From contig JAEOUA010000008.1 in assembly GCA_016839555.1 (NCBI GenBank), positions 224,001 through 288,000 of the forward strand: a DNA stretch of 64,000 nt, given 5' to 3'. Below the pieces are notes generated by a model that did no database searches, had not been told where the DNA came from, and saw only the letters and a list, made by a program, of their open reading frames with translations. A program made the translations under genes and the position numbers. Positions 29,770-39,548 of this stretch are shown one piece after another (within the stretch, counting starts at the first letter, position 1; the number at the start of each line of letters is the position of its first letter). This DNA comes from Promethearchaeota archaeon. GTDB lineage: Archaea; Asgardarchaeota; Lokiarchaeia; Sigyniarchaeales; SOKP01.

Positions 29770-31281
29770 TTAATATTCGTCTCCCAGGTAGAATTTTCCA
29801 GGAGATATAATACCATTAGGATCCAGAGCTTTTTTAATGCTAATCATAAAATTATAATATTCTGAGGTTAGTGCTCCAGAATCAACTAAAGCTCTTCCAA
29901 TTATTTCTCCCATCCAATAGTGAATTCCTCCTAATTCTTTTATTTGGGAAATAATCATGTCTTTCCATAATTCATATTGAATTTCTCTATTCTTGGGTTC
30001 TGAATGAATGGCTAATCCTCCTGTTACATCAATATAAGTAGGGTTACATCCAAACGCTATAAAATTAGCTCCTCCGCCCCCAATATCCCATAATTTTTTA
30101 GTATTTCTAGTGGTCCAATCATTATAGAATTTTACATAATCTGGTAATTGATAAGTTGGGCATTTTAAACAAGTTCCTAATGATGTTCCTTCAGGACCAT
30201 ATAATCCCCAATAGATATGTGCCCACTGCCAGCGTCCATTCTCTTCATAAAACCATTTTCCTAAATTTCCTTCTTCTACGGTATCTCCCAATTTTCTTAA
30301 TTCATAATTTGAAGCTACTTTTTCTATTTTCTCCACATTAATCTCTAATTCTTTTTGAGAATCTGCTACAGCAGTATAAAAGAGCACGCTCCCTTCTACT
30401 CTCGCATTGACTAAATTCTTTTTAATCTTAAACATGGTAAGAAGGCTAGTATAACCCTTAGTATAATAATAAAAATCATGTAGAGGAAGTCTTCGATGTT
30501 GCCATTCTGACATCACATTTGTTCCTTTCACCGCTTCACTCATATCTTCAGAACTATTTATTTGATAAGTGCTATAAGCAGCATATTCTGGGATTGGATA
30601 AATTTGTAAAGATGCTTTAGTTTTAATCCCATGAATGCCTACATCTCCCAAAAATAAACCCGAATAATCTGGTCCTAAACCAAATCGTGTGAAGGGTTTT
30701 TCACAGAAAGAATTGGCTTTTGCCCCTGTATAAATAATATCACCCATAGGTAAAACTACTTCAAGCCCGACACATTGCTCGGTAACATTTCCATACATAG
30801 CAGCACCTCCGCCACCTACAGAATTATTCGAAAGCCCTCCTCCAACTGTTGCTGAAAAGCCTGATGCAGGACCGGTTGAACCTGTATAATAACCAATGCC
30901 TACATGGCTAAGTTGTTCACATAATTCGCTCCACGAGATACCTACTTCCACAGTGACAATATAATTTTTTAAATCTATATCTAATATTTTATCCATTCTT
31001 GTTAGATCAAGCACAATGCCTCCATCTCCTATTGGTTTGGCACCTCCTGTTAAATCTGCTCCACCGCCTCTTGGGATAACTTTAACTTTATCTTGATTAG
31101 CAATTTTTAAAATTTCTGAAATTTCTTCAGGAGATTGAGGTCTCACTACAATATCGGGTATCCCTTGTAATACAGTGTCACAATTCATTGAATAAGAATA
31201 ACAGATTGCCTTAGAATTTGAAATATATTTAGGTCCTACTATATCTTCTATCTTTTCATATGTATCTTCAATTGAATTCAT
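29770..31281 (-). CDS. FAD-binding oxidoreductase (GlcD/VAO superfamily)
   Basis: PRGGG, LDLTRMD, ATVGG, GLEVVLP.G, ALDPNGIISPGK. Confidence 0.85.
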   Translation of the reverse strand: MNSIEDTYEKIEDIVGPKYISNSKAICYSYSMNCDTVLQGIPDIVVRPQSPEEISEILKIANQDKVKVIPRGGGADLTGGAKPIGDGGIVLDLTRMDKILDIDLKNYIVTVEVGISWSELCEQLSHVGIGYYTGSTGPASGFSATVGGGLSNNSVGGGGAAMYGNVTEQCVGLEVVLPMGDIIYTGAKANSFCEKPFTRFGLGPDYSGLFLGDVGIHGIKTKASLQIYPIPEYAAYSTYQINSSEDMSEAVKGTNVMSEWQHRRLPLHDFYYYTKGYTSLLTMFKIKKNLVNARVEGSVLFYTAVADSQKELEINVEKIEKVASNYELRKLGDTVEEGNLGKWFYEENGRWQWAHIYWGLYGPEGTSLGTCLKCPTYQLPDYVKFYNDWTTRNTKKLWDIGGGGANFIAFGCNPTYIDVTGGLAIHSEPKNREIQYELWKDMIISQIKELGGIHYWMGEIIGRALVDSGALTSEYYNFMISIKKALDPNGIISPGKFYLGDEY

Positions 31282-31330
31282 TAATTAATATCCACCTTTT
31301 TAAATAATAATAAAAATAAAAAAATTAGAG

Positions 31331-32083
31331 TTACTCTAAAATTTTCCCATTCGGGAGGGTTTGATCACATTCTACATAAAATCCCCCTAATGTTTTTCGA
31401 GCATCTTTTAAAACCTCATCACATATATCGTATTTTGAAAATTTAGATTTAACAAAATCTGTTTTCACTCCCAGCTTTTTTGAAAAATTTTCCCATTTCA
31501 TATTCGTTTGTGTTAATTGTCTTAGTGCATATTTTTTATTATCTGCAACATCAGGAATTAACTTTAAGTTAAATAAAGGCATATTTTCAACCATTCCTTT
31601 AGGATCCATCCCTGGAGGATTATCAAGAACTTCTGCTTTAATTTTTAAAAAAGTTATATTTTTTCGAGTTAAACTCCCTGTTATAATATTCCTACCATTT
31701 ATTTCCTGAATAGGAGAAAGTTTAATATCACATAGTTTCTTTGGGTAGCCCCAGATTTCTCTTCCGGCAGTCAAAGCTTCATCTGAATCCACATAAATAT
31801 TAAGCACGAAAGAGCCCTGCACATCCTTATAAGTACAATTGAGCAATATCAAATTTTCATTATAAGGCCCTACTGTAGAATCTGGATATTCAGAAATAAA
31901 GATTGAATCAAATCCATATTCAATAGGTTCTAATTCTGGCGGGAGATATTTTTCTTTTATACCAGGAGCACATTGAAAAAGTAATATTAATGCTCTCATT
32001 TTAGGATAAAGATAGGGAGGTGGAGGGAATAACCCACATTGCCTTGGCATTGAATAATCAATCTGTCGCTCATAATCTGCCAA
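31331..32083 (-). CDS. Acetoacetate decarboxylase family protein
   Basis: GPYNE and AGREIWGYPKK (Schiff-base Lys). Confidence 0.85.
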   Translation of the reverse strand: MADYERQIDYSMPRQCGLFPPPPYLYPKMRALILLFQCAPGIKEKYLPPELEPIEYGFDSIFISEYPDSTVGPYNENLILLNCTYKDVQGSFVLNIYVDSDEALTAGREIWGYPKKLCDIKLSPIQEINGRNIITGSLTRKNITFLKIKAEVLDNPPGMDPKGMVENMPLFNLKLIPDVADNKKYALRQLTQTNMKWENFSKKLGVKTDFVKSKFSKYDICDEVLKDARKTLGGFYVECDQTLPNGKILE

Positions 32084-32096
32084 TTAAATTACCTCC

Positions 32097-32561
32097 TTAT
32101 TCCTCCTCTCCTAAATCATATTGAGTAAAAAAACTAGTATCTGTCTTTTCAACAGCATTAGCTAATTCCATAGCTGCTCTCGCATATCTCATGGCTAAAC
32201 TCATATCTCCATCGAGTTTCAATTTTCCTTGCATAAGGCATTGTATAGGATCAATTTCCTTGAATGCCAATTTTCGCCACGTTGAAAATGGAGCACTTAA
32301 AGTCATAATTGGTTCTCTTGGAAGTTCTTCACCAGGAGCAAGTAATTGGATTCCTAGACATTCTCCATCTTTAAGATCTAAAAAACTAACCACATTATCC
32401 TCAATTTCACCACAAGCTTCCATAATAAAAACCATTCCACCTTCAAAATCTACTCCCCATCCCTTTGCAGCTTCTTGATAGCTAGGTGTATTATTTAATG
32501 CTTCACAATATTCCGCAGCCCATTTCTTTCCAACTTCTTTCAATTCATCAAATTTAACCAT
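32097..32561 (-). CDS. SCP2 sterol/lipid-binding domain protein
   Basis: IDPIQCLMQGKLKLDGDM. Confidence 0.85.
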   Translation of the reverse strand: MVKFDELKEVGKKWAAEYCEALNNTPSYQEAAKGWGVDFEGGMVFIMEACGEIEDNVVSFLDLKDGECLGIQLLAPGEELPREPIMTLSAPFSTWRKLAFKEIDPIQCLMQGKLKLDGDMSLAMRYARAAMELANAVEKTDTSFFTQYDLGEEE

Positions 32562-32780
32562 CTTAAAACACCATCAAATAATTTTTACAATGAATATTAT
32601 ATTTACTGAGTCTATTTAATAATTATCTTTATTTATATTATATTTAAATATTATTCGTGAACTTATACATTTGGAAAAGTTTAATTAATTAGAAAGAATT
32701 GTAGAAAAGAATAAAGTATTGGCTAAGTGGAAGATAAACAGATCTGACAAAAAATTTTTAAAAAAAGATAAGAAAATAAA

Positions 32781-32853
32781 CGGACCCGGCAGGATTCGAA
32801 CCTGCGTTATCTCACTCCGAAGGCGAGCGCCCTGTCCACTGGACCACGGGTCC
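32781..32853 (-). tRNA. tRNA-Arg(TCG)
   Basis: GGACCCG TG GTCC AGTGGACA GGGC G CTCGC CTTCGGA GTGAG ATAAC GCAGG TTCGAAT CCTGC CGGGTCC G. Confidence 0.95.
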
Positions 32854-32987
32854 ATATTTTTATCCGCTTTTCTCAAATAAAAAAGATATTTAACCAAATT
32901 TTTCAATTAAAAATTAAAATTCTTATAATACTATTATGCTATATTTCTAAAAAATTTATTGCCTTTATTTTAGTATGTCTTAATATT

Positions 32988-33479
32988 TTATCTATTTTTT
33001 TCATTTTTAGTAATATAGATGATATATTTAACAATAAGGTTAAGTATATTTCGAAATTTTAATGCATAGGATAAATCTCCTTTAAGCTTAATTAAACCTT
33101 TCATATAGGAATCTGAAGCTCCTTTTTTTAATCGAATAATCTCTAATAATAACCCTTTTTTAATATAGAATGTAATATTAGACTCCTTATTTATTCCTTT
33201 TTGATAAATAATGATTCCTTTGTTTAGCTTAAACCAACAATTAAAATTAATGTCAGTAATACAAATTTGATATATACCATCATAATCAATAAATTCTTTT
33301 TTTAATTGGTTAGAAGTAGCTAATATTTCAACTAAAGTATTAAGAAATTTATTAATTAATATCTTAAACTTTTCATTTGAAACAGTCGATAATTCCCGAA
33401 TTTTCGTGTTTATTTGTTTCCGTATATTCATTTTAGTCTCTGTTATTGATAAATAATTATAAGAATTATGCTCTTTCAA
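32988..33479 (-). CDS. SCP2 domain protein
   Basis: SYMKGLIKLKGDLSYA. Confidence 0.7.
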   Translation of the reverse strand: MKEHNSYNYLSITETKMNIRKQINTKIRELSTVSNEKFKILINKFLNTLVEILATSNQLKKEFIDYDGIYQICITDINFNCWFKLNKGIIIYQKGINKESNITFYIKKGLLLEIIRLKKGASDSYMKGLIKLKGDLSYALKFRNILNLIVKYIIYITKNEKNR

Positions 33480-33672
33480 AAAGTTTGATTATTGAATATT
33501 AAAAAGATTTCTTTTATGGTTTTTAATTCGATACATATCTTTAATAGAATGAAGAAAATAAAATTTTTATATTTTTAAGTATTTAAGGATTTAAAGTATA
33601 GATTAGCTTCTATTGAAATTGAGCTAATCAAAGATAAATCAATTTGGAATACAATATACTCCTTTTTACATA

Positions 33673-33808
33673 GCCCACATAGTGTAGCCCGGCCTATGAG
33701 GAAAAACGCATTTTTCCTTAGCCGAGAGCATTCGGGACTGTCACTCCTGCGACAATGTGTGACAATATGTCATTCATCGTAAAGCGGGTTCAAATCCCGC
33801 TGTGGGCG
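33673..33808 (+). tRNA. tRNA-Asp(GTC) with two introns: D-loop 33696-33726 and variable loop/T-stem junction 33754-33783
   Basis: Spliced sequence GCCCACATAGTGTAGCCCGGCCTAGCATTCGGGACTGTCACTCCTGCGACGCGGGTTCAAATCCCGCTGTGGGCG. BHB-like helices CGGC/GCCG and TGCG/CGTA with 3-nt bulges. Confidence 0.9.
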
Positions 33809-33841
33809 CTTGTAATCTTTTTATTTTTAGCATAAATAATA

Positions 33842-35059
33842 CTAAACTTGTATTTTTTTATTAATGATCCCTAATAGCGTGAAACTAATTCCTGCCAAGA
33901 GAAGAGATAAAATATAAAAAGGTAAATTTAAATTTATATTCGCTATAAATCCTGAAGAAATGGGAGCAATCAAAAAGCTCACTCCAATAACACTTTCTAA
34001 GATTCCAGAATATATGGAGGTCTGATTTTTCATATTTAAAATAAGAACTAAACGTAATGAGAAGCCATAGATAATTCCCGTACATGACCCCAAAATAAGA
34101 AAAAGAAATATGAAAATATAATAATTTTCATTTATGCCTAAAATCCATATTAATAAAGCTAATATGAGACTCATAATCATAGGAGGATATTTAACATATC
34201 TGGTTGAGACTATGCCAGCGAGATACATTGTGATGCTCTGTGCCAGCGCAAAGAAAAATAAAGCTATATATATGGTATATGTTCCAAAGCCTAACATATC
34301 AGACTTGATTGGAAAAATGAAATTTATTGTGGCTCTTGTTAAGGAAAAAGAAATAATCAAAAGAACTGGATACATTTTTGGAAATTTTATTTGCTTAATT
34401 TCTTGCTCTTTTAATTTGTACTCATTTTTTTGAAATTCTTCACGTTGCCCTTGATCTAATGTACTCTTTTCTAAGGAATCTATTGAAATTTTTTTGGGTT
34501 CTTGAAAGTAAATAAGAGCAATTAATAATGTTATAAAAATAATGATTGGAGCAATCATAAATATCGGTATAAGACTATTATAAATATATGTTAAAGATGC
34601 CCCTAGCCAAAAGCCAGCAATCACCCCTAAATTCCAGGAAATATTATACCGTGCAGCCAATTTTTTATGATTATGATAGATGTTATCAGATATTGAAGAT
34701 TGAAGGTTAGTCCAGTATAAGCCCATTATAAATCCTTCTGAAAATCGGGATATTAAAAAAGGAATTGGATTCAGCGTAAAATAAAAGATAATTTGAGCTA
34801 ATAACGTACCAAATAACGCAATTATTAAGCTTGTTTTTCGAGGTAATTTTTGAGAGAGTTTACTTAACAAAATAGGTGAAATTGTATATGTGAAGGTTGT
34901 GCCTGCGGATAAAAGCCCTATAAATTCAGTTGAAACTCCTTCTCTATAAAAAAATAGGGGAATAGCGAGAATAAGCATATTATTATTGACTGGGTAAAGA
35001 AAAGATAAAAGAACTACGGGGAAAAAAGACCATTTTCCCAGATTTTCAGAAAATTCCAT
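33842..35059 (-). CDS. MFS transporter
   Basis: About 12 TM segments; RFSEG motif. Confidence 0.8.
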   Translation of the reverse strand: MEFSENLGKWSFFPVVLLSFLYPVNNNMLILAIPLFFYREGVSTEFIGLLSAGTTFTYTISPILLSKLSQKLPRKTSLIIALFGTLLAQIIFYFTLNPIPFLISRFSEGFIMGLYWTNLQSSISDNIYHNHKKLAARYNISWNLGVIAGFWLGASLTYIYNSLIPIFMIAPIIIFITLLIALIYFQEPKKISIDSLEKSTLDQGQREEFQKNEYKLKEQEIKQIKFPKMYPVLLIISFSLTRATINFIFPIKSDMLGFGTYTIYIALFFFALAQSITMYLAGIVSTRYVKYPPMIMSLILALLIWILGINENYYIFIFLFLILGSCTGIIYGFSLRLVLILNMKNQTSIYSGILESVIGVSFLIAPISSGFIANINLNLPFYILSLLLAGISFTLLGIINKKIQV

Positions 35060-35356
35060 ACTATTTTTTATTTTTTACTAAATTATTTCAGTTGTTTTAC
35101 TACAAAATATTCTATTTAACTAAAAGATTTTTAATCATCCCTAATTTTCTTTCTCACTGGAATTTATTAATAATTAGAAATTGTCTCCGATATTTTGTCC
35201 TCAAAGAAATCGTGGGTTTTATTCGAAATAAAAAATGAAAGAAATTATCAAAAAGATAGGAAAAACTTATATTTTTTTTCTAAAAGTATTAAATATTGGA
35301 TTACATTAATAGGGATGTATTAAATAAGATTTAATGAAATTAAAAGTAAATTAAAT

Positions 35357-36340
35357 ATGCAGCTAAAAATTTTATTGGGTGTTTTTCCCCTATTCATAAT
35401 ATTAAGCGCTTTTTTGATATTTATATCTGTTATTAAATTAGAAAATATTGTTCTGGGAATATTATTCATTATTTTCTCTTCTATTATTGCATTTGCCCTT
35501 TTCAAATGTGGTATTCATTCACCTCAAAGTCATTTTAAAAATATTACAAAAAGTACGGTAAATTCGCAGAAACTTGACATCACCTTCGAGGATGGAGTAA
35601 AAACTTCTGGAATTGTTTATCGGTCACGCTCTGAAACTTCAGAAACTCCGAATGGACCGCTCTATCCAGAACCACGACCAACAATAATTTTTTTCCATGG
35701 ATTTTGGGCAAGTAAAGAGGCTAATGAGATGCTCCTCATTCCATTGGCTCATATCGGATATATAACTTTTGCATTTGATCAAAGAGGTCATGGAGAAGCA
35801 GGTAGTAAAAAATCAGAATGGTATAAGTTATATAATGATGCGGTCACTATTCTTGATTATGTATGTTCGATAAAAGACGTGAAAAAAGGAGCTATATGTT
35901 GTATTGGAAAATCTATGGGAGGCACTTCGGTATTAACAAAATGTTATGAAGACGGACGAGTTGGAATGGTGATTGCTATTAGCACTTTACATAATATTGA
36001 TATCCTTTTAGAAGCTAACTTTCCCTTTCTCTCTTCAGGATGGTTTGTAAAGCGCATAATTTCGAGGTTTAAAAATAAAGAAGCCTTTAAAATTGCTGCT
36101 CATTATTTCCTTAAAAATGATTTAGAATATAATAAAAATCGAGTCTATCTCATTCATGGAGAAAACGATAAAATCTTTCCCCCTTCATTAACGTTTGAAT
36201 TGAATAAGAAACAAGCGCAAATTCCTGATGATCATGCCCTTTTATTAGATAATTGTGGACATAGTTTCGAAGATCAAGAATTATTAGTACTTGGAATCAT
36301 ACTTAAATGGATATTGGAAAATAAAAATATGAGTTTCTGA
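35357..36340 (+). CDS. Membrane-anchored alpha/beta hydrolase
   Basis: HGF, DQRGHGE, GKSMGG, HGEND, GH; two N-terminal TM segments. Confidence 0.85.
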   Translation: MQLKILLGVFPLFIILSAFLIFISVIKLENIVLGILFIIFSSIIAFALFKCGIHSPQSHFKNITKSTVNSQKLDITFEDGVKTSGIVYRSRSETSETPNGPLYPEPRPTIIFFHGFWASKEANEMLLIPLAHIGYITFAFDQRGHGEAGSKKSEWYKLYNDAVTILDYVCSIKDVKKGAICCIGKSMGGTSVLTKCYEDGRVGMVIAISTLHNIDILLEANFPFLSSGWFVKRIISRFKNKEAFKIAAHYFLKNDLEYNKNRVYLIHGENDKIFPPSLTFELNKKQAQIPDDHALLLDNCGHSFEDQELLVLGIILKWILENKNMSF

Positions 36341-36509
36341 AAAATAATGTGCTCCCCATTTATGCGTTGATTGTTTTATTTTTATAATACACAAACATTT
36401 GTAAATTCAAATTAAGATGTTGGTTTCCTTTAATCTTAGAAAAAATCAATAATCAGATATTTTTATTTTTTCTCAGAAGACTATTAAGATCAAGATAATT
36501 ATAACTAGA

Positions 36510-36680
36510 TTAATCTAAAGATGATTTAGTTTTTTTTAAATAGTTAATAGCTCGATAAAGGTGCAATTCAAAAAGCATTTCATCTTCAGGAAATTCATCT
36601 CTTAACTCATTTATTAATTCTTCTTTTTCTTTTTTTGATAAATTAACTTGATTTAATAATTCTTCAATATCATATAACAT
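36510..36680 (-). CDS. Small acidic protein, putative partner/antitoxin of the PIN toxin (not in the ORF track)
   Basis: GAGGTG RBS; MLYDIEELLNQVNLSKKEKEELINELRDEFPEDEMLFELHLYRAINYLKKTKSSLD (56 aa); starts 10 nt after the PIN stop. Confidence 0.6.
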   Translation of the reverse strand: MLYDIEELLNQVNLSKKEKEELINELRDEFPEDEMLFELHLYRAINYLKKTKSSLD

Positions 36681-36690
36681 TTAAACACCT

Positions 36691-37143
36691 CTATAATTCA
36701 GGAGGAGCAAGAATTTCTATTGCTCGATATCCTTTTTTTAAATTAATTAAATTAACGCCCAATCGAGTCTTTCGTTTTACTAAATGTCTAAAATTCCAAC
36801 TTACTAATATATCAAGAGAATAAACAGTTGTTAGAGCTAGAAATAATGCATCATTTTCATATTTGACTGGAATTAGACCTTCTTTAATATATACTTTGCT
36901 TAATTTCTTTACTTCTTCTATTATATCAATCTCCAACCCATTTTCTAGAAGTAATAATATTTCCTCTCTTAAATCTTTATCAGATATGGCTCCAATTTCT
37001 TCTTGAATAATCTCTGCATAATAGAATTCATAATCTCCAATAGTTTTCCAGAATTCTTGTGTTTGTTTTTGACGATGTGGATCTCGCTGATCAAATAAAG
37101 CACTATAAACAGATGTATCGAGAAAGATTTTTAATTTTTTCAT
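36691..37143 (-). CDS. PIN-domain (VapC-like) ribonuclease
   Basis: FLDTSV, EI, NDALFLA, VSWNFRHLV. Confidence 0.85.
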   Translation of the reverse strand: MKKLKIFLDTSVYSALFDQRDPHRQKQTQEFWKTIGDYEFYYAEIIQEEIGAISDKDLREEILLLLENGLEIDIIEEVKKLSKVYIKEGLIPVKYENDALFLALTTVYSLDILVSWNFRHLVKRKTRLGVNLINLKKGYRAIEILAPPEL

Positions 37144-37395
37144 TCAATTTTATTATTCATTTAAGAAATTTAAATGTTTCATAAGTTGAGCAATATCTTG
37201 AAAAATAATTATTTTCTTCTCTAATTTTAAAAAAAGTCAAAAAGATACATTTTCCTATTAAAAAGAATCTAAATTAAAATCCGAATTATTTTTAAAAATG
37301 TTTGAAAGTTTTTATATTAGGCTTGATTATTATAAATTACAATTAAATTAAATTCAACTTAAATTAATTGTAAAATATAAAAAAAAAGTAAAAGG

Positions 37396-37839
37396 TTGAT
37401 ATTAATGGTCTCAAAAGAACTTGTTAAAGAATTACAAGAGAAATTTGATGCTGGAGCAGCTGCAGCTGAGCCAGATATAGCATTAAAATGCTTCGATTTA
37501 TTCAATCAAATATCTCAAGAAATGGAGGACTTAAAAGAAGAGCTTGAAGATATGGATATCGCTGTTCAAATGATTTTGACAGATGTTGATAAAAAGTACT
37601 GGATTAAAGCCAGTGAAGGTAAAATGGAATTTGGTGCAGGAGATGTAGATAATCCATCTTTCACATTTTCAGCTACAAAAGAAGTCGGTCTTGGGATGTT
37701 ATTTGGTGAAGTAGATGCTACTAGCGCCTATATGGCAGGGGATATCACAGTAGAAGGAAATCTTCAAGATGCTATGGCTTTCCAAGAAATAATAGAACTC
37801 GCTATGGAAGGCTTCGAAGACATTTTAGATGAGATGTAA
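37396..37839 (+). CDS. SCP2 domain protein
   Basis: DATSAYMAGDITVEGN. Confidence 0.85.
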   Translation: MILMVSKELVKELQEKFDAGAAAAEPDIALKCFDLFNQISQEMEDLKEELEDMDIAVQMILTDVDKKYWIKASEGKMEFGAGDVDNPSFTFSATKEVGLGMLFGEVDATSAYMAGDITVEGNLQDAMAFQEIIELAMEGFEDILDEM

Positions 37840-38103
37840 ATAATACCACACTAAAATCAAGCATAGCATTAGGGTATGCGAAAAAGTTTTAAATATTATG
37901 TATATACTTTTTTTTTTTAAAATTTTTTTTTTCTCTTTTTTCAAAAAAAAATAGTTTGAATTGATTGATTTGTATTTTGTTGAAATATAGTTAGGTTCTA
38001 ATTGAATTTCGGCAAAAATTATTTTTAAAAAAATGCATAAGAAAAAAAAAATTTATATGGTTATTTTTTTTCTTAAACTATTAAACATTTTTAGAATATA
38101 GCT

Positions 38104-39402
38104 ATGAAAAATATAAAACTTCGAATAATTTTTGTGATTATTCTGATTATCTTAGGTTTGTCTTCAGTTTTAAGTGCTTCGACCCTATTTACATCAAATA
38201 TATCAATAGACACAAGATATCCATTTATAAGATCTGCAAATATTAATGTCTCGAATTATCAAATATCTCAGAGTGTTACTTATCAAATTGAAATTAATTA
38301 TACAGTCACTCAAACCTCGGGAAACGCAAAGTATTATTTTAAAATCCCTAGAATTAATGATAGAACGCCAAATTCTAGTTTAACAAGATTTTGTCCACCT
38401 TATCAAGAGAGCAAATTACTTTATAGTAACATAAGTCAGTGGGATCCAGGGGAAATTAATGAAGGGATTAATGATGAATTTAATAATACCTATGATTGGT
38501 TTAATGTATCATTAAATGGAGGGATATCTGAATCAGTGAAAATTAGTCAAGAATATATTGTTACCTTAAATGCAATTTCTTATCAAAATATAAATTATTC
38601 TGATATTGGTACATATAATAAATCTGATATAATGTTTGATTTATATTGTAATAGGTCTGAAAAATATTATAATATTAGTGATCCTGATTTAATTTCTCTT
38701 TCAGACAGCCTTTCTTTAGGTTTAACAAATCCTGTTGATAAAGCAAGACAAATTTTTAATTGGGTAAGTCGGAATATAAGATATAATGGAGCATTACCAG
38801 CACAAGAAAAAGGAGCGTCATGGGCTTATGATAATTTAGAGGGAGACTGTTCAGAATATTCCAGTTTAATGATCACTCTACTACGAATTCAAGGTATTCC
38901 GGCTCGTAAAGTGACTGGATTAGTTTTTTCAAATATTATTCCGTTTTTCCCTTTTGTAGGACAAGAACTTTTATTTACATTTGGAAATGTTAAACCAAAT
39001 TATATTTTAGGACATGCGTGGGTGGAATATTATGTTCCAAATATCGGGTGGATTGCTTGCGATCCCACATGGGGTTATTTTAATCAAATTGATTATCTTC
39101 GAATTGGGTTTAACGTAGGGCAGTGGTTTGAAAATGCAACTGGTGGATTAACTAGTGAGTTCCCATATCCACAATTATATGGATTTGGCAGTGGTACCGT
39201 TGAATTTAATTATGAACTTAAAGCAACTGTTTTAAACGCGAGTTATTGGCCATGGATTCTGCTATTTTATTTCCCACCAGCTCCCTCTGAGGATCAAGAT
39301 TTAAGTATTTATCTTTATGTTGGGACAGGAGCCGTAATTGCTATAGCATTATTATCCACTGTAATTGTCCTTGTAAATAAAGAACGAAAGGGCTTAATTT
39401 AA
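38104..39402 (+). CDS. Secreted, C-terminally anchored transglutaminase-like protein
   Basis: Signal peptide; GDCSEYS, LLRIQGIPAR, HAWVE, DPTW catalytic triad motifs; C-terminal TM segment. Confidence 0.85.
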   Translation: MKNIKLRIIFVIILIILGLSSVLSASTLFTSNISIDTRYPFIRSANINVSNYQISQSVTYQIEINYTVTQTSGNAKYYFKIPRINDRTPNSSLTRFCPPYQESKLLYSNISQWDPGEINEGINDEFNNTYDWFNVSLNGGISESVKISQEYIVTLNAISYQNINYSDIGTYNKSDIMFDLYCNRSEKYYNISDPDLISLSDSLSLGLTNPVDKARQIFNWVSRNIRYNGALPAQEKGASWAYDNLEGDCSEYSSLMITLLRIQGIPARKVTGLVFSNIIPFFPFVGQELLFTFGNVKPNYILGHAWVEYYVPNIGWIACDPTWGYFNQIDYLRIGFNVGQWFENATGGLTSEFPYPQLYGFGSGTVEFNYELKATVLNASYWPWILLFYFPPAPSEDQDLSIYLYVGTGAVIAIALLSTVIVLVNKERKGLI

Positions 39403-39548
39403 AGAATAAATTATCTTTTTATCTTATATTTTTTTTATAATTTTTCTTTTTTTCTCTAAATTGATTATTAATATTTAAAATATTTCAAAAAATAAAATTC
39501 AGAAAATAATAAGAAAAAAATGGAAGAACAAAAATTATTTAAAATTTA

